From: Candidatus Gallimonas caecicola
GTDB taxonomy: Bacteria; Bacillota; Clostridia; Christensenellales; Borkfalkiaceae
NCBI GenBank assembly: GCA_904394195.1
Contig: CAJFNH010000001.1
Span: 1-46,633 of the forward strand
Length of the DNA stretch: 46,633 nucleotides
Reading direction: 5' to 3'
Below, one piece after another: positions 1-8,715 of the stretch; positions within the stretch are counted from its first letter, which is position 1, and every line of letters begins with the position of its first letter. Below the pieces are notes generated by a model. The model made no database searches. It worked only from the letters and a program-made list of their open reading frames with translations, and was not told the origin of the DNA. The position numbers and the translations under genes were made by a program.

Positions 1-751
1 AAGCCGTATCGTGGACGACGGTTTGACCGTGCGGGCGGTGTTGGGCGAAATTAAGCGGAAGCAAATGCCCTTTTCAACGTCTATCTCGGTGAATACGCTA
101 TACAGTTACATTGAAAAGGGCGTGTTTCTGCGGCTTTCGCTCAAACACCTGCCATTTAAGGACAAACCACGGAAAGCGAAACGTGAAGTGAAGCCCGCGA
201 AACTTCCCCGCGGCACGAGCATAGAAAAACGTCCGGCAGCGATCGCGGAACGCAAAGAGTTCGGGCATTGGGAAATGGACTGCGTGATAGGCAAACGAGA
301 AGCGGGCAAGGTGTTCCTTGTTCTGACGGAACGCCTTACCCGCAGGGAAATTATTATGCTCATACCGAATAAAAAGGCTGAAAGCGTGGTGCGCTGTCTG
401 AATTTGCTTGAACGCAAGTTCGGCACGCTGTTCTATTCGATTTTCAAAAGTATCACCGTTGACAACGGCTCGGAGTTCGCGGACTTCAAGGGAATGGAAC
501 GCAGCCGCTACGGGAATAAGCGGCGCACGAGTATTTATTACTGCCACCCGTATTGTTCATGCGAGCGCGGAACGAACGAGCGAATGAACCGCGAAATTCG
601 GCGCGTGTTCCCGAAAGGCAAGGACTTGAACGCCGTAACGCCCGACGAGGTGAAACGCGCCGAAGATTGGCTTAACAACTATCCGCGCGGAATTTTGGGC
701 TTTGATACCCCCGAAAACCTGTTCAAAATGCACGTTTCGCGGCTCACATAA
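1..751 (+). CDS. IS30-family DDE transposase, N-terminus cut off by the window edge
   Basis: The frame of the listed ORF 11..751 stays open back to position 2. The strings HWEMDCV, TVDNGSEF and NERMNREIRR are typical of the IS30 catalytic core. The region is visibly less GC-rich than neighbouring genes. Confidence 0.85.
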   Translation, partial: SRIVDDGLTVRAVLGEIKRKQMPFSTSISVNTLYSYIEKGVFLRLSLKHLPFKDKPRKAKREVKPAKLPRGTSIEKRPAAIAERKEFGHWEMDCVIGKREAGKVFLVLTERLTRREIIMLIPNKKAESVVRCLNLLERKFGTLFYSIFKSITVDNGSEFADFKGMERSRYGNKRRTSIYYCHPYCSCERGTNERMNREIRRVFPKGKDLNAVTPDEVKRAEDWLNNYPRGILGFDTPENLFKMHVSRLT

Positions 752-800
752 AAAATTTTCAAAAAAATTTCAACTTTTTTCGCATTTACTCTTGACATCT
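1..800 (+). mobile_element. Right-hand part of an IS30-family insertion sequence (right boundary not determinable)
   Basis: A transposase CDS is followed by an AT-rich tail (752-800). The left end lies outside the window, so the terminal inverted repeat cannot be defined. Confidence 0.5.
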
Positions 801-913
801 ACGAATTTTTTGTGAAAAAAGTGGAGCCGCGCCGCTCTTCGCCTGCACAGTCCCGCGCGTCTTTCGCATAGGATGGGGCGACTGTCCTTTCAGGGCGGCG
901 GGGGGACGTACGA

Positions 914-1696
914 ATGCAATGGTTTTTCTGCCTTGACGCGTGGCTGCAGGCGCTCATCGCCTCGCTCTTCATGTATGCGATGACGGCGCTGGGCGCGGCG
1001 TGCGTATTTTTTTCGGGGCGGCCCGGACGGAACATTCTCACCGTGCTTCTGGGCGCGTCGGCAGGGATCATGATCGCCGCAAGCTTTTTTTCGCTTTTGC
1101 TGCCCGCCATCGGGGCGGAGGGTCCGCTGCCCGCATATGTCACGGTGACGGCGGGTTTTTTGCTGGGCGGCGCCTTTATCGTGGGAAGCGATATGCTCCT
1201 CTCGCGCACGCAGCGCTCCTTTTCCGCCATCGGGGATAAGCGCACGGCGCTTTTATACTTTGCCGTCACGCTGCACAACGTGCCCGAGGGCATGGCGGTC
1301 GGGGTGGCGTTCGCCGCGGGCGCAGGCGCTGCCGTCGGAGCGGGGTCCGCGCTCGCAGGGCTGCTGCTCGCCCTCGGCATTGCTGTTCAGAACTTTCCCG
1401 AGGGCATGTGCGTCGCCTTTCCCATGCGTGCGCGCGGCATGTCGCGGCTGCGCAGTTTTGCGTTTGCACAGGGCTCGGGCGCGGTGGAAGTTCCCGCCTG
1501 CGTGCTGGGCGCGCTCGCCGCCTCCGCCGTCGGCAGCCTGCTGCCCTGGGCGCTCGCTTTTTCGGCGGGAGCCATGATCGCGGTCGTGTGCTCCGAGCTC
1601 ATCCCCGAATGTTTTTCGGGAAACAAGACGCTCGCCACGGCGGGCGTGGTGGCGGGATTTTGCCTGATGATGGTGCTCGACCTCGCCCTCGGATAG
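914..1696 (+). CDS. ZIP-family divalent metal (zinc) transporter
   Basis: Polytopic hydrophobic protein of 260 aa. It carries the paired ZIP signatures HNVPEGMAVG and QNFPEGMCVA. Confidence 0.8.
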   Translation: MQWFFCLDAWLQALIASLFMYAMTALGAACVFFSGRPGRNILTVLLGASAGIMIAASFFSLLLPAIGAEGPLPAYVTVTAGFLLGGAFIVGSDMLLSRTQRSFSAIGDKRTALLYFAVTLHNVPEGMAVGVAFAAGAGAAVGAGSALAGLLLALGIAVQNFPEGMCVAFPMRARGMSRLRSFAFAQGSGAVEVPACVLGALAASAVGSLLPWALAFSAGAMIAVVCSELIPECFSGNKTLATAGVVAGFCLMMVLDLALG

Positions 1697-1731
1697 CGCA
1701 TAATTTTTCCCGCGTATGCCATACTGCGGAT

Positions 1732-2565
1732 ATGAACGTGCGGAAAAATACGGAAAAAAAGGAAACGTCAGGCAAAAACAGGGTCGTCATCATCGTGGGC
1801 GCCTCCTCCGGAATCGGACGGGAGACGGCGCTGCGCCTTGTGCAGCAAGGGGATAGCGTGTTCAACATCTCGCGCACGTCCGCCGCGCCGCCCGTGCGCA
1901 CCGTTACGGCGGACGCCTCGGAGGAGGGACAACTCACGCGCGCCGTTGAGGCGGTATGCGCGGAGACGGGCGGGCTCGACCTTCTGGTGTACTGCGCGGG
2001 CTATTCCTGCCTTGCGCCCGTTGCCCGCGCCAGGAGCGAAGATTACAGATATCTGTTCGAAGTCAACTATTTCGGCGCGGTGGAGGCGCTCAAGGCGTGC
2101 GCGCCCTACTTGGAAAAGCGGCGCGGCAGGGCGGTGCTCGTCGGGTCGATGGGGGGCGAACTGCCCATCCCCTACGACGGGTTTTATTCGGCCTCCAAAG
2201 CGGCGCTCGCCATGCTCGCGCGGGAGACGGACATGGAGTGGCGTCCGCGCGGCATGCGCGTGAGCGCGCTGTTGCCCGGCGGGACCGCAACGGGCTTTAC
2301 CGACAAGCGCACCGTGTATAGCGCGGAGGAGAGCGAGGGATATTTTTCGGCCTTGCGCAAGAGCGGCGCGGCGCTTGCCAACGCGGAGCAGGGCGGCATG
2401 GCGCCCTCCCTTGTGGCGGACGCCGTGGTAAAACTTGCCGCGCGGCGTTCCCCGCCCGCCGTCATGGCTGCGGGCGGAAGAAATGCCGTGGTGCGGGCGC
2501 TGGCGCGCATGCTGCCCGAGCGCGTGACCGATTGGGCAGTGCGGCGCAAGTTCAACCAGAAATGA
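1732..2565 (+). CDS. Short-chain dehydrogenase/reductase (SDR) family oxidoreductase
   Basis: In-frame ATG at 1732 inside the longer ORF 1408..2565. Has the Rossmann motif VGASSGIGRE and the catalytic YSASK motif. The upstream extension overlaps the ZIP gene and is Arg/Gly-rich. Confidence 0.8.
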   Translation: MNVRKNTEKKETSGKNRVVIIVGASSGIGRETALRLVQQGDSVFNISRTSAAPPVRTVTADASEEGQLTRAVEAVCAETGGLDLLVYCAGYSCLAPVARARSEDYRYLFEVNYFGAVEALKACAPYLEKRRGRAVLVGSMGGELPIPYDGFYSASKAALAMLARETDMEWRPRGMRVSALLPGGTATGFTDKRTVYSAEESEGYFSALRKSGAALANAEQGGMAPSLVADAVVKLAARRSPPAVMAAGGRNAVVRALARMLPERVTDWAVRRKFNQK

Positions 2566-2613
2566 CCTTCGCGGCGTCTGCGAGAAAAACCCGCAAAATG
2601 TTCCTTGTATCGC

Positions 2614-2643
2614 TTGACGTAGGGGCGGTGGGTTTGTTATAAT
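2614..2643 (+). promoter_or_regulatory. Sigma-70-type promoter of the pur cluster
   Basis: TTGACG (2614-2619), 18-nt spacer, TGtTATAAT extended -10 (TATAAT at 2638-2643). It lies about 160 nt upstream of purE. Confidence 0.55.
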
Positions 2644-2800
2644 ATAGTCATGAAAAAGGCGGCCGTAGCTCTGCCGCGCGCGGCAGAAATATCATTGCAC
2701 AGATAGACGACGGAGTCGGTTTTTTTCGCATAGAAAGAAACTGCTCCTTTTCATTTTTCGGAAGAAAGACGGCCCGGCTGCCCGTTACGGAGGTTTCACG

Positions 2801-3295
2801 ATGAAAAAAGTTGCTGTGATCATGGGAAGCGACAGCGATCTTCCCGTTGTGGAAAAGGCTTTCGCGGTATTCGAAGAATACGGCGTACCCTTTGAAGTAC
2901 ACGTCTATTCGGCGCACCGTACGCCCGTGGAGGCGCGCGTGTTCGCGGGCAGTGCGGCGGAGAACGGCTTCGGCGTCATCATCGCCGCGGCGGGCAAGGC
3001 GGCGCACCTTGCGGGCTCTCTTGCGGCAAACACGGTGCTGCCCGTCATCGGCATCCCCGTCAAGAGCTCCACGCTCGACGGGCTGGATGCGCTCCTGTCC
3101 ACCGTGCAGATGCCCTCGGGCATTCCCGTGGCGACCGTCGCCATCGACGGCGCGCAGAACGCGGCGCTGCTCGCCGTGCAGATCCTTGCCGTGTCCGACG
3201 AAGGGCTGCATGAAAAGCTCATGTCCGCCCGCCGCGCGGCAACGGAGAAGGTGCTCAAAAAGGACGCCGAGATCGCCGCAAAATTCAACAAGTAA
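2801..3295 (+). CDS. purE: N5-carboxyaminoimidazole ribonucleotide mutase (class I PurE-like)
   Basis: 164 aa starting [16 protein letters not shown], with SAHRTP and [10 protein letters not shown] motifs. RBS ggagg lies upstream. Confidence 0.92.
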   Translation: MKKVAVIMGSDSDLPVVEKAFAVFEEYGVPFEVHVYSAHRTPVEARVFAGSAAENGFGVIIAAAGKAAHLAGSLAANTVLPVIGIPVKSSTLDGLDALLSTVQMPSGIPVATVAIDGAQNAALLAVQILAVSDEGLHEKLMSARRAATEKVLKKDAEIAAKFNK

Positions 3296-3327
3296 TAAAT
3301 TTTTTACCCGAGAAAGGAGATACAGCT

Positions 3328-4041
3328 ATGGAAAAGACCGTTCAGCTCTATGAGGGCAAGGCAAAAAAGGTGTATGCGACGACGGACGAAGATCTGTGCA
3401 TCGTCTCGTACAAGGACGACGCGACGGCGTTCAACGGACTCAAGAAGGGCACCATCGCGGGCAAGGGCGTCGTCAACAACCGCATGACCAATCTGCTCAT
3501 GCAGCTTCTGGAAAAGGCGGGCGTGCCCACCCATTTCGTTCGCGAGCTCTCGGACAGGGATACCCTCGTCAAAAAGGTGAAGATCGTTCCGCTCGAGGTC
3601 ATCATCCGCAACGTCTCCGCGGGCTCTTTTGCCAAGCGTTACGGCGTGGAGGAGGGCATCGTGTTCGACGAGCCCACCATTGAGTTCTCCTATAAGAACG
3701 ACGACCTGGGCGATCCCCTCATCAACTCATACCACGCGCTCGCATTGAAGCTTGCCACGAAGGAGGAGATCGAGACCATCAAGAAGTATGCCTTCAAGGT
3801 CAACGAGGTGCTCAAGGCATATTTTGCGCATCTGGGGGTCAAGCTCATCGATTTCAAGCTGGAATTCGGCAGGCTCAAGGACGGCGCCATCGTGCTTGCG
3901 GACGAAATTTCCCCCGATACCTGCCGCTTCTGGGACGCCAAGACCAATGAAAAGCTGGACAAGGACCGCTTCCGCCGCGACATGGGCGGCGTGGAGGACG
4001 CCTATGCCGAGATCTTCAAGCGCGTCACGAAAGGGGAGTGA
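3328..4041 (+). CDS. purC: Phosphoribosylaminoimidazole-succinocarboxamide (SAICAR) synthase
   Basis: 237 aa. [10 protein letters not shown] near the N-terminus and the overall PurC pattern. RBS aaaggag lies upstream. Confidence 0.92.
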   Translation: MEKTVQLYEGKAKKVYATTDEDLCIVSYKDDATAFNGLKKGTIAGKGVVNNRMTNLLMQLLEKAGVPTHFVRELSDRDTLVKKVKIVPLEVIIRNVSAGSFAKRYGVEEGIVFDEPTIEFSYKNDDLGDPLINSYHALALKLATKEEIETIKKYAFKVNEVLKAYFAHLGVKLIDFKLEFGRLKDGAIVLADEISPDTCRFWDAKTNEKLDKDRFRRDMGGVEDAYAEIFKRVTKGE

Positions 4042-4046
4042 GTGGT

Positions 4047-5510
4047 ATGGGGCATGAGATCCACGAGGAGTGCGGCGTATTCGGCATCTTTGCGCCCGAA
4101 GCGCAGAATGTCGCGTCCACTGCATATTACGCCCTGTTCGCCCTGCAGCACAGGGGACAGGAATCGGCGGGCATCGTCGTCAACAACGACGGCGTGTTCT
4201 CCTCCTACAAGGATGTAGGACTCGTCAACGACATCTTCACCTCCGACGTGCTCGCAAAACTCGGTCTGGGGAACATGGCGATCGGCCATGTGCGCTACGG
4301 CACCACGGGCACGAGCGGCAGGGAGAACGCGCAGCCCATCGTCGTCAATCATCTGAAGGGCAACATGGCGCTCGCGCACAACGGCAACCTGATCAACGCC
4401 ACCGAACTTCGTGAGGAGCTGGAAAACGACGGCTGCATCTTCCACACCACGTCGGACACCGAAGTCATCGCCTACGTCATCACCAGGGAGCGGGTGAGAA
4501 CGCGCTCCATCGAAGAGGCGGTGCTCTCCGCCATGGACAAGCTCAAGGGCGCCTATTCGCTCGTTGTCATGTCGCCCTCCAAGCTCATCGCCGCGCGCGA
4601 TCCGCTGGGCTTCCGCCCGCTCTGCCTGGGCAAGCGGGACGACGGAAGCTGGCTCGTTGCGTCGGAGTCGTGTGCGCTCAATGCGGTGGGCGGGCACAAG
4701 GTGCGCGAGATCGAGCCGGGCGAGATGGTCGTCATCACCAAAGAGGGCGTGAAGAACGATACGTCTCACTGCGGCGGCAGGAAGGCGTTTTGCGTGTTCG
4801 AATACTTCTATACTGCCCGTCCCGATTCGGAGATCGACGGCTGCTATGTGCATGACGCCAGGAAGCGCGCGGGCGCGTTCCTGTATGAAAAATACAAGAT
4901 CGACGCCGATATCGTCATCGGCGTGCCCGATTCGGGACTGGACGCCGCGCTCGGCTATGCGCAGGCGTCGGGCATCCCGTACGGCATCGGCTTTATCAAG
5001 AACAAATATATCGGCAGAACGTTCATCGCGCCCGATCAGAAGGTGCGCGAGGACAGGGTAAAGATCAAGCTCAACGTCATCGCCTCGGCCATCCGCGGCA
5101 AGCGCGTCATCCTGGTGGACGACTCCATCGTGCGCGGCACGACCAGCGCGCGTATCGTGCGCCTTCTGCGCGAGGCGGGGGCTACCGAAGTGCACTTCCT
5201 TTCCTCGGCGCCCAAATTCCTCAATCCCTGCTACTACGGCACGGACATCGACTCGCGCGAAAATCTCATCGCCTGCCATCACTCTACCGAGGAGATCGCA
5301 AAGATCATCGGCGCCGATTCCGTCGGCTATCTGGATATTGAGCACGCGCGGCATCTGACGGGTGGCGACGGCAGCGGCTTCTGTTGCGCCTGCTTTGACG
5401 GCGTGTATCCCACCGAGATCCCGAAGCAGCCCGGCAAGGATCGCTTTGAACGTCCCATCGCCGGGAGGCCCATCAGCGAAAATCCCAAGTTCCGGAAGAC
5501 GGCGGAGTGA
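4047..5510 (+). CDS. purF: Amidophosphoribosyltransferase
   Basis: Short propeptide followed by the catalytic CGVFGI, Ntn glutaminase and PRT domains, and C-terminal Cys ligands. ATG 4047 lies about 10 nt after aaagggga. The listed GTG at 4038 is an alternative start. Confidence 0.9.
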   Translation: MGHEIHEECGVFGIFAPEAQNVASTAYYALFALQHRGQESAGIVVNNDGVFSSYKDVGLVNDIFTSDVLAKLGLGNMAIGHVRYGTTGTSGRENAQPIVVNHLKGNMALAHNGNLINATELREELENDGCIFHTTSDTEVIAYVITRERVRTRSIEEAVLSAMDKLKGAYSLVVMSPSKLIAARDPLGFRPLCLGKRDDGSWLVASESCALNAVGGHKVREIEPGEMVVITKEGVKNDTSHCGGRKAFCVFEYFYTARPDSEIDGCYVHDARKRAGAFLYEKYKIDADIVIGVPDSGLDAALGYAQASGIPYGIGFIKNKYIGRTFIAPDQKVREDRVKIKLNVIASAIRGKRVILVDDSIVRGTTSARIVRLLREAGATEVHFLSSAPKFLNPCYYGTDIDSRENLIACHHSTEEIAKIIGADSVGYLDIEHARHLTGGDGSGFCCACFDGVYPTEIPKQPGKDRFERPIAGRPISENPKFRKTAE

Positions 5511-5513
5511 AAC

Positions 5514-6548
5514 ATGGATAAGAGTTATTCGGACAGCTACAAGGCGGCGGGCGTAGATATCACCGCAGGCTACAGGGCGGTGGAGCTCATGAAGAAACAC
5601 GTCGCCCGCACCATGCCCGGGGGCAGGGCGGACATCGGCGGCTTCGGCGGACTGTTCCCCCTGGACATGGCGGGCATGAAGGAGCCCGTGCTCGTCTCGG
5701 GCACGGACGGCGTGGGCACCAAGATCAAGCTCGCTTTCCTCATGGACAAGCACGACACGGTGGGCATCGACTGTGTCGCCATGTGCGTCAACGACATCAT
5801 CTGTTGCGGCGCGAAGCCGCTCTTCTTCCTCGACTACATCGCCTGCGGCAGGAACGAGCCCGAAAAGATCGCCTCCATCGTGGGCGGCGTGGCGGAGGGT
5901 TGCGTGCGCGCGGGCTGCGCGCTCATCGGCGGCGAGACCGCCGAACACCCCGGGCTCATGCCGGAAGAGGAGTACGACCTTGCCGGCTTTGCGGTGGGCG
6001 TTGTCGACCGCAGCCGCATCATCGACAATACGGCGATGCGCGCGGGGGACGTGATGCTTGCGCTCCCTTCTTCGGGCGTGCACTCCAACGGTTTTTCGCT
6101 CGTGCGGAAGGTGTTTGACGTCGAGCACTGCGCCCTTCGCGTTCCCGTGAAGGAGCTGGGCGGGGCGTCTTTGGGCGAGACGCTGCTCACGCCCACCAGA
6201 ATTTACGTCAAACCCGTTCTGGCGCTTCTCAAGGAGGTCGCCGTCAAGGGCATCTCGCATATCACGGGCGGCGGCTTCTATGAGAATATGCCCCGCTCCA
6301 TCCCCAAGGGACTGGGCGTGCGCATCCGCCGCGCAGACGTGAAGGTGCCGCCCATATTCGGTCTCATCCAAAGCACGGGCGGCATTTCCGAGCACGACAT
6401 GTTCAACACCTTCAACATGGGGGTGGGCATGAGCATCGTTGTGGCAAAGGAGGACGCGGACAGGGCGCTTGCAGTGCTTGCCGCCAACGGCGAGCAGGCA
6501 TACGTCCTCGGCGAGATCGTCCCGGGCGACGGGGTAGAGCTGTTATGA
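5514..6548 (+). CDS. purM: Phosphoribosylformylglycinamidine cyclo-ligase (AIR synthetase)
   Basis: 344 aa with [16 protein letters not shown] and DYIA motifs characteristic of PurM. Confidence 0.92.
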   Translation: MDKSYSDSYKAAGVDITAGYRAVELMKKHVARTMPGGRADIGGFGGLFPLDMAGMKEPVLVSGTDGVGTKIKLAFLMDKHDTVGIDCVAMCVNDIICCGAKPLFFLDYIACGRNEPEKIASIVGGVAEGCVRAGCALIGGETAEHPGLMPEEEYDLAGFAVGVVDRSRIIDNTAMRAGDVMLALPSSGVHSNGFSLVRKVFDVEHCALRVPVKELGGASLGETLLTPTRIYVKPVLALLKEVAVKGISHITGGGFYENMPRSIPKGLGVRIRRADVKVPPIFGLIQSTGGISEHDMFNTFNMGVGMSIVVAKEDADRALAVLAANGEQAYVLGEIVPGDGVELL

Positions 6549-7159
6549 GCCGCGTGCGCGTCGCCGTGCTCTGCTCGGGCGGCGGAACGAACCTGCAGGC
6601 CATTCTGGATTGCGCCGCGGCGGGCAACATCCCTGCGGGGGAGATCGCCCTTGTCGTCAGCGACAACGCCTCCGCCTATGCGCTCGAGCGCGCAAAAAGG
6701 GCAAACGTTGCCACTTTTATTGCCGATCGGAAGACCATCCCCGACCGCCTTGCGCGCGAGCGCGCCATTCTGGGCGCGCTCAAGGAGCACGGCATCGGGC
6801 TTGTCGTTCTCGCCGGGTTCATGACCATCCTGAGCGACGCGTTCACCAAGGCGTACGAAATGCGCATCATCAACGTGCATCCCTCCCTCATCCCCAGCTT
6901 CTGCGGCCCCGGTTTTTACGGGCTGAAGGTGCATGAGGCGGCGCTCGCGCGCGGGGTGAAGGTGACGGGCGCCACCGTGCACTTCGTCAACGAGGTGTGC
7001 GACGGCGGGCCCATCATCGCCCAGAAGGCGGTGTATGTGCAGGAGGGGGACACCCCCGAAACGCTGCAAAAGCGCGTCATGCGCGAGGCGGAATGGGTCA
7101 TCCTTCCGCAGGCGGTGCAGGCGGTCTGCAAACAATTATCCGAACAAAAAGGGGAGTAA
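6545..7159 (+). CDS. purN: Phosphoribosylglycinamide formyltransferase
   Basis: 204 aa with [18 protein letters not shown] and a GATVHFV-type motif. ATGA overlap with the purM stop. Confidence 0.9.
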   Translation: MSRVRVAVLCSGGGTNLQAILDCAAAGNIPAGEIALVVSDNASAYALERAKRANVATFIADRKTIPDRLARERAILGALKEHGIGLVVLAGFMTILSDAFTKAYEMRIINVHPSLIPSFCGPGFYGLKVHEAALARGVKVTGATVHFVNEVCDGGPIIAQKAVYVQEGDTPETLQKRVMREAEWVILPQAVQAVCKQLSEQKGE

Positions 7160-7163
7160 GATC

Positions 7164-7895
7164 ATGGGTTACATCAGAAAGAGCATGAAGCGCGTGCTTG
7201 CGGGCAATTCCTATCCCGGGCGCGGCATCGTCATCGGCAAGTCCTCGGACGGCAGAAAGGCAATGTTCGCCTATTTCATCATGGGCAGGAGCGAAAATTC
7301 GCGCAACCGCATCTTCAAAGAGGAGGGGGACAGCGTCACCATCTATCCCTTTGACGAGAGCAAGGTCGCTGATCCTTCGCTCATCATCTATTCTCCCGTC
7401 AAGCGGGTGGACAACGACATCATCGTCACCAACGGCGATCAGACGGACACCATCGAGGAGTATCTGAAGATGGGCAAGTGCTTCCGCTGCGCCTTAAAGA
7501 CGCGCACCTTTGAGCCGGACGCGCCCAACTACACCCCCCGCATCAGCGGCATCATCCACCTGAAGAAGGGGGGCTTCACCTACGAAATGTCCATTCTGAA
7601 GAGTGCGGACGGCAAGGGGGAGAAGTGCAACCGCTTCACCTTTGACTACGAGCCCGTCAACGGCACGGGACACTTCCTGCACACCTACGAAAAGGACGGC
7701 TCGCCGCTGCCCACCTTCGAGGGGGAGCCCGAGCGCGTTGCCATTCCCAACGACGTGAACGCATTTGCGCAGGAGATCTGGGAGAGCCTGGATGCAGACA
7801 ACAAGATCTCCCTCTATTGCCGCGCCATCACCCTGCGCACCTGGCAGGAGGAGAGCGTGCTGATAAACAAATTCACGCGTTTTTCCACGAACTGA
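7164..7895 (+). CDS. PurO-type (archaeal-like) IMP cyclohydrolase
   Basis: In-frame ATG 7164 follows RBS aaaaagggga. YPGRGIVIGKSSDGRKAMFAYFIMGRSENSRNR, VTNGDQTDTI and YTPRIS match the PurO/IMP_cyclohyd family pattern as I recall it. The upstream part of ORF 7035..7895 overlaps purN. Confidence 0.8.
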   Translation: MGYIRKSMKRVLAGNSYPGRGIVIGKSSDGRKAMFAYFIMGRSENSRNRIFKEEGDSVTIYPFDESKVADPSLIIYSPVKRVDNDIIVTNGDQTDTIEEYLKMGKCFRCALKTRTFEPDAPNYTPRISGIIHLKKGGFTYEMSILKSADGKGEKCNRFTFDYEPVNGTGHFLHTYEKDGSPLPTFEGEPERVAIPNDVNAFAQEIWESLDADNKISLYCRAITLRTWQEESVLINKFTRFSTN

Positions 7896-8520
7896 CGCGG
7901 AAAAAACGTCGTGAGGGGAAGGAAAACCCATTGTACGGCTGCGCCTAACAATCGGTTTTCCTCTGTGCGGGCAGTCGCAACAGTTATAGCGCCCGCACAT
8001 TCACCTTTCCGTGTAAGCGCAGGTATGCGCAAATTGAGGCGCGCAGCGGAAGGCAACCTTCCTCGCGCGACGTTATATAGCAAGGGCAGCTTTCTTGCTT
8101 TTGCCTCCCCTGGAAAGCCGAAGGGTTTTTAGGGGAGGTGGCTGCGGAGCATACGCGCAGCAGACGGAAGGGTTAAAAGACTTGCAGGAAGCGGGCAAGA
8201 GAGCCTCCCCCGCAACGTCATACGGCAAGTTTTGTGATTTTTCACAATCCCAGTCAACTGGGAAAGCCTCCCTCTTGCGCGATATTTTTATAGCAAGGGC
8301 AACCTTCCTTGCGCTACGTTATTAGCAAGGGTGCCTTCACTCTTTCCGCGTAAGCCGCGTGAGCGGAAAACAGGGGCGAAAAAGGCATAACGCAGTGACG
8401 CCTTTTGCCACATTATGACAGCCTCTCGCCAAAATATTTTCCATGAAAAGATTTTGGCGAATCATGCCTCCCTTTTGTAAGTGAAGTCCCTTGTTCATGC
8501 CTCCCCTTTGTAAGGGGAGG
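7872..8520. repeat. Composite hairpin-rich intergenic repeat, copy A (between the IMP cyclohydrolase and purH genes)
   Basis: 7872-7930 matches the reverse complement of 35997-36056. 7999-8098 matches 35620-35728 and 40580-40680 in direct orientation. 8337-8407 matches the reverse complement of 35741-35810 with about five differences. Many short hairpins are present, e.g. cctcccct/aggggagg at 8104-8138. Confidence 0.85.
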
Positions 8521-8715
8521 GTAGGGTGGGGTAGTTGAAACGCCGCGCACGCCTTCTATGCCGCCGTTTTGCAACATTCCCGGCCCGCGGCATGGGGCGC
8601 GCAGCGCAGGTGCCGCAATTGCAATTTCAAAAAACACCGTCCGCGGACAATTTTCGCCGATGCTTTCGGCAGAGCATTCTTCCGCAGAAAAACAGGATTC
8701 AACAGGAGATAAGCG

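Noticed and set aside
1408-1731. N-terminal extensions of listed ORFs: 1408..1731, 7035..7163, 15964..16689, 18076..18783, 19604..20122, 20725..20991, 26540..26740 and analogous minus-strand cases
   Set aside because: These extensions overlap upstream genes or regulatory RNA and have Arg/Gly-rich, non-conserved translations. Each is followed by an internal ATG with a proper RBS, at the point where family similarity begins.
2594-2608. PurBox-like sequence aaaatgttccttgt upstream of the pur promoter
   Set aside because: It matches only about half of the Bacillus PurR PurBox consensus as I recall it, and no second inverted box is evident.
4002-6395. 797-aa ORF on the minus strand spanning purF and purM
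   Set aside because: It is antisense to two strongly recognisable genes. Its composition is dominated by Arg, Ala, Gly, His and Asp, as expected for a shadow ORF in GC-rich DNA. It has no recognisable motifs and no RBS.
7911-8325. Small ORFs 7911..8132 and 8095..8325 inside the purO-like/purH spacer
   Set aside because: They lie in repeat DNA whose copies occur in both orientations and different frames. They have no RBS, and their translations are not conserved between copies.
7872-8520. Possibility that the repeats are a CRISPR array
   Set aside because: There is no regularly spaced identical direct repeat with unique spacers. The modules are long, diverged, and present in both orientations at three separate loci. 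No cas genes are present.
8520-8715. ZTP (pfl) or purine riboswitch upstream of purH
   Set aside because: I could not find the conserved ZTP 3' element (CCGCCUGGGC-like) or the purine riboswitch junction sequences. Only an Rfam scan could settle it.
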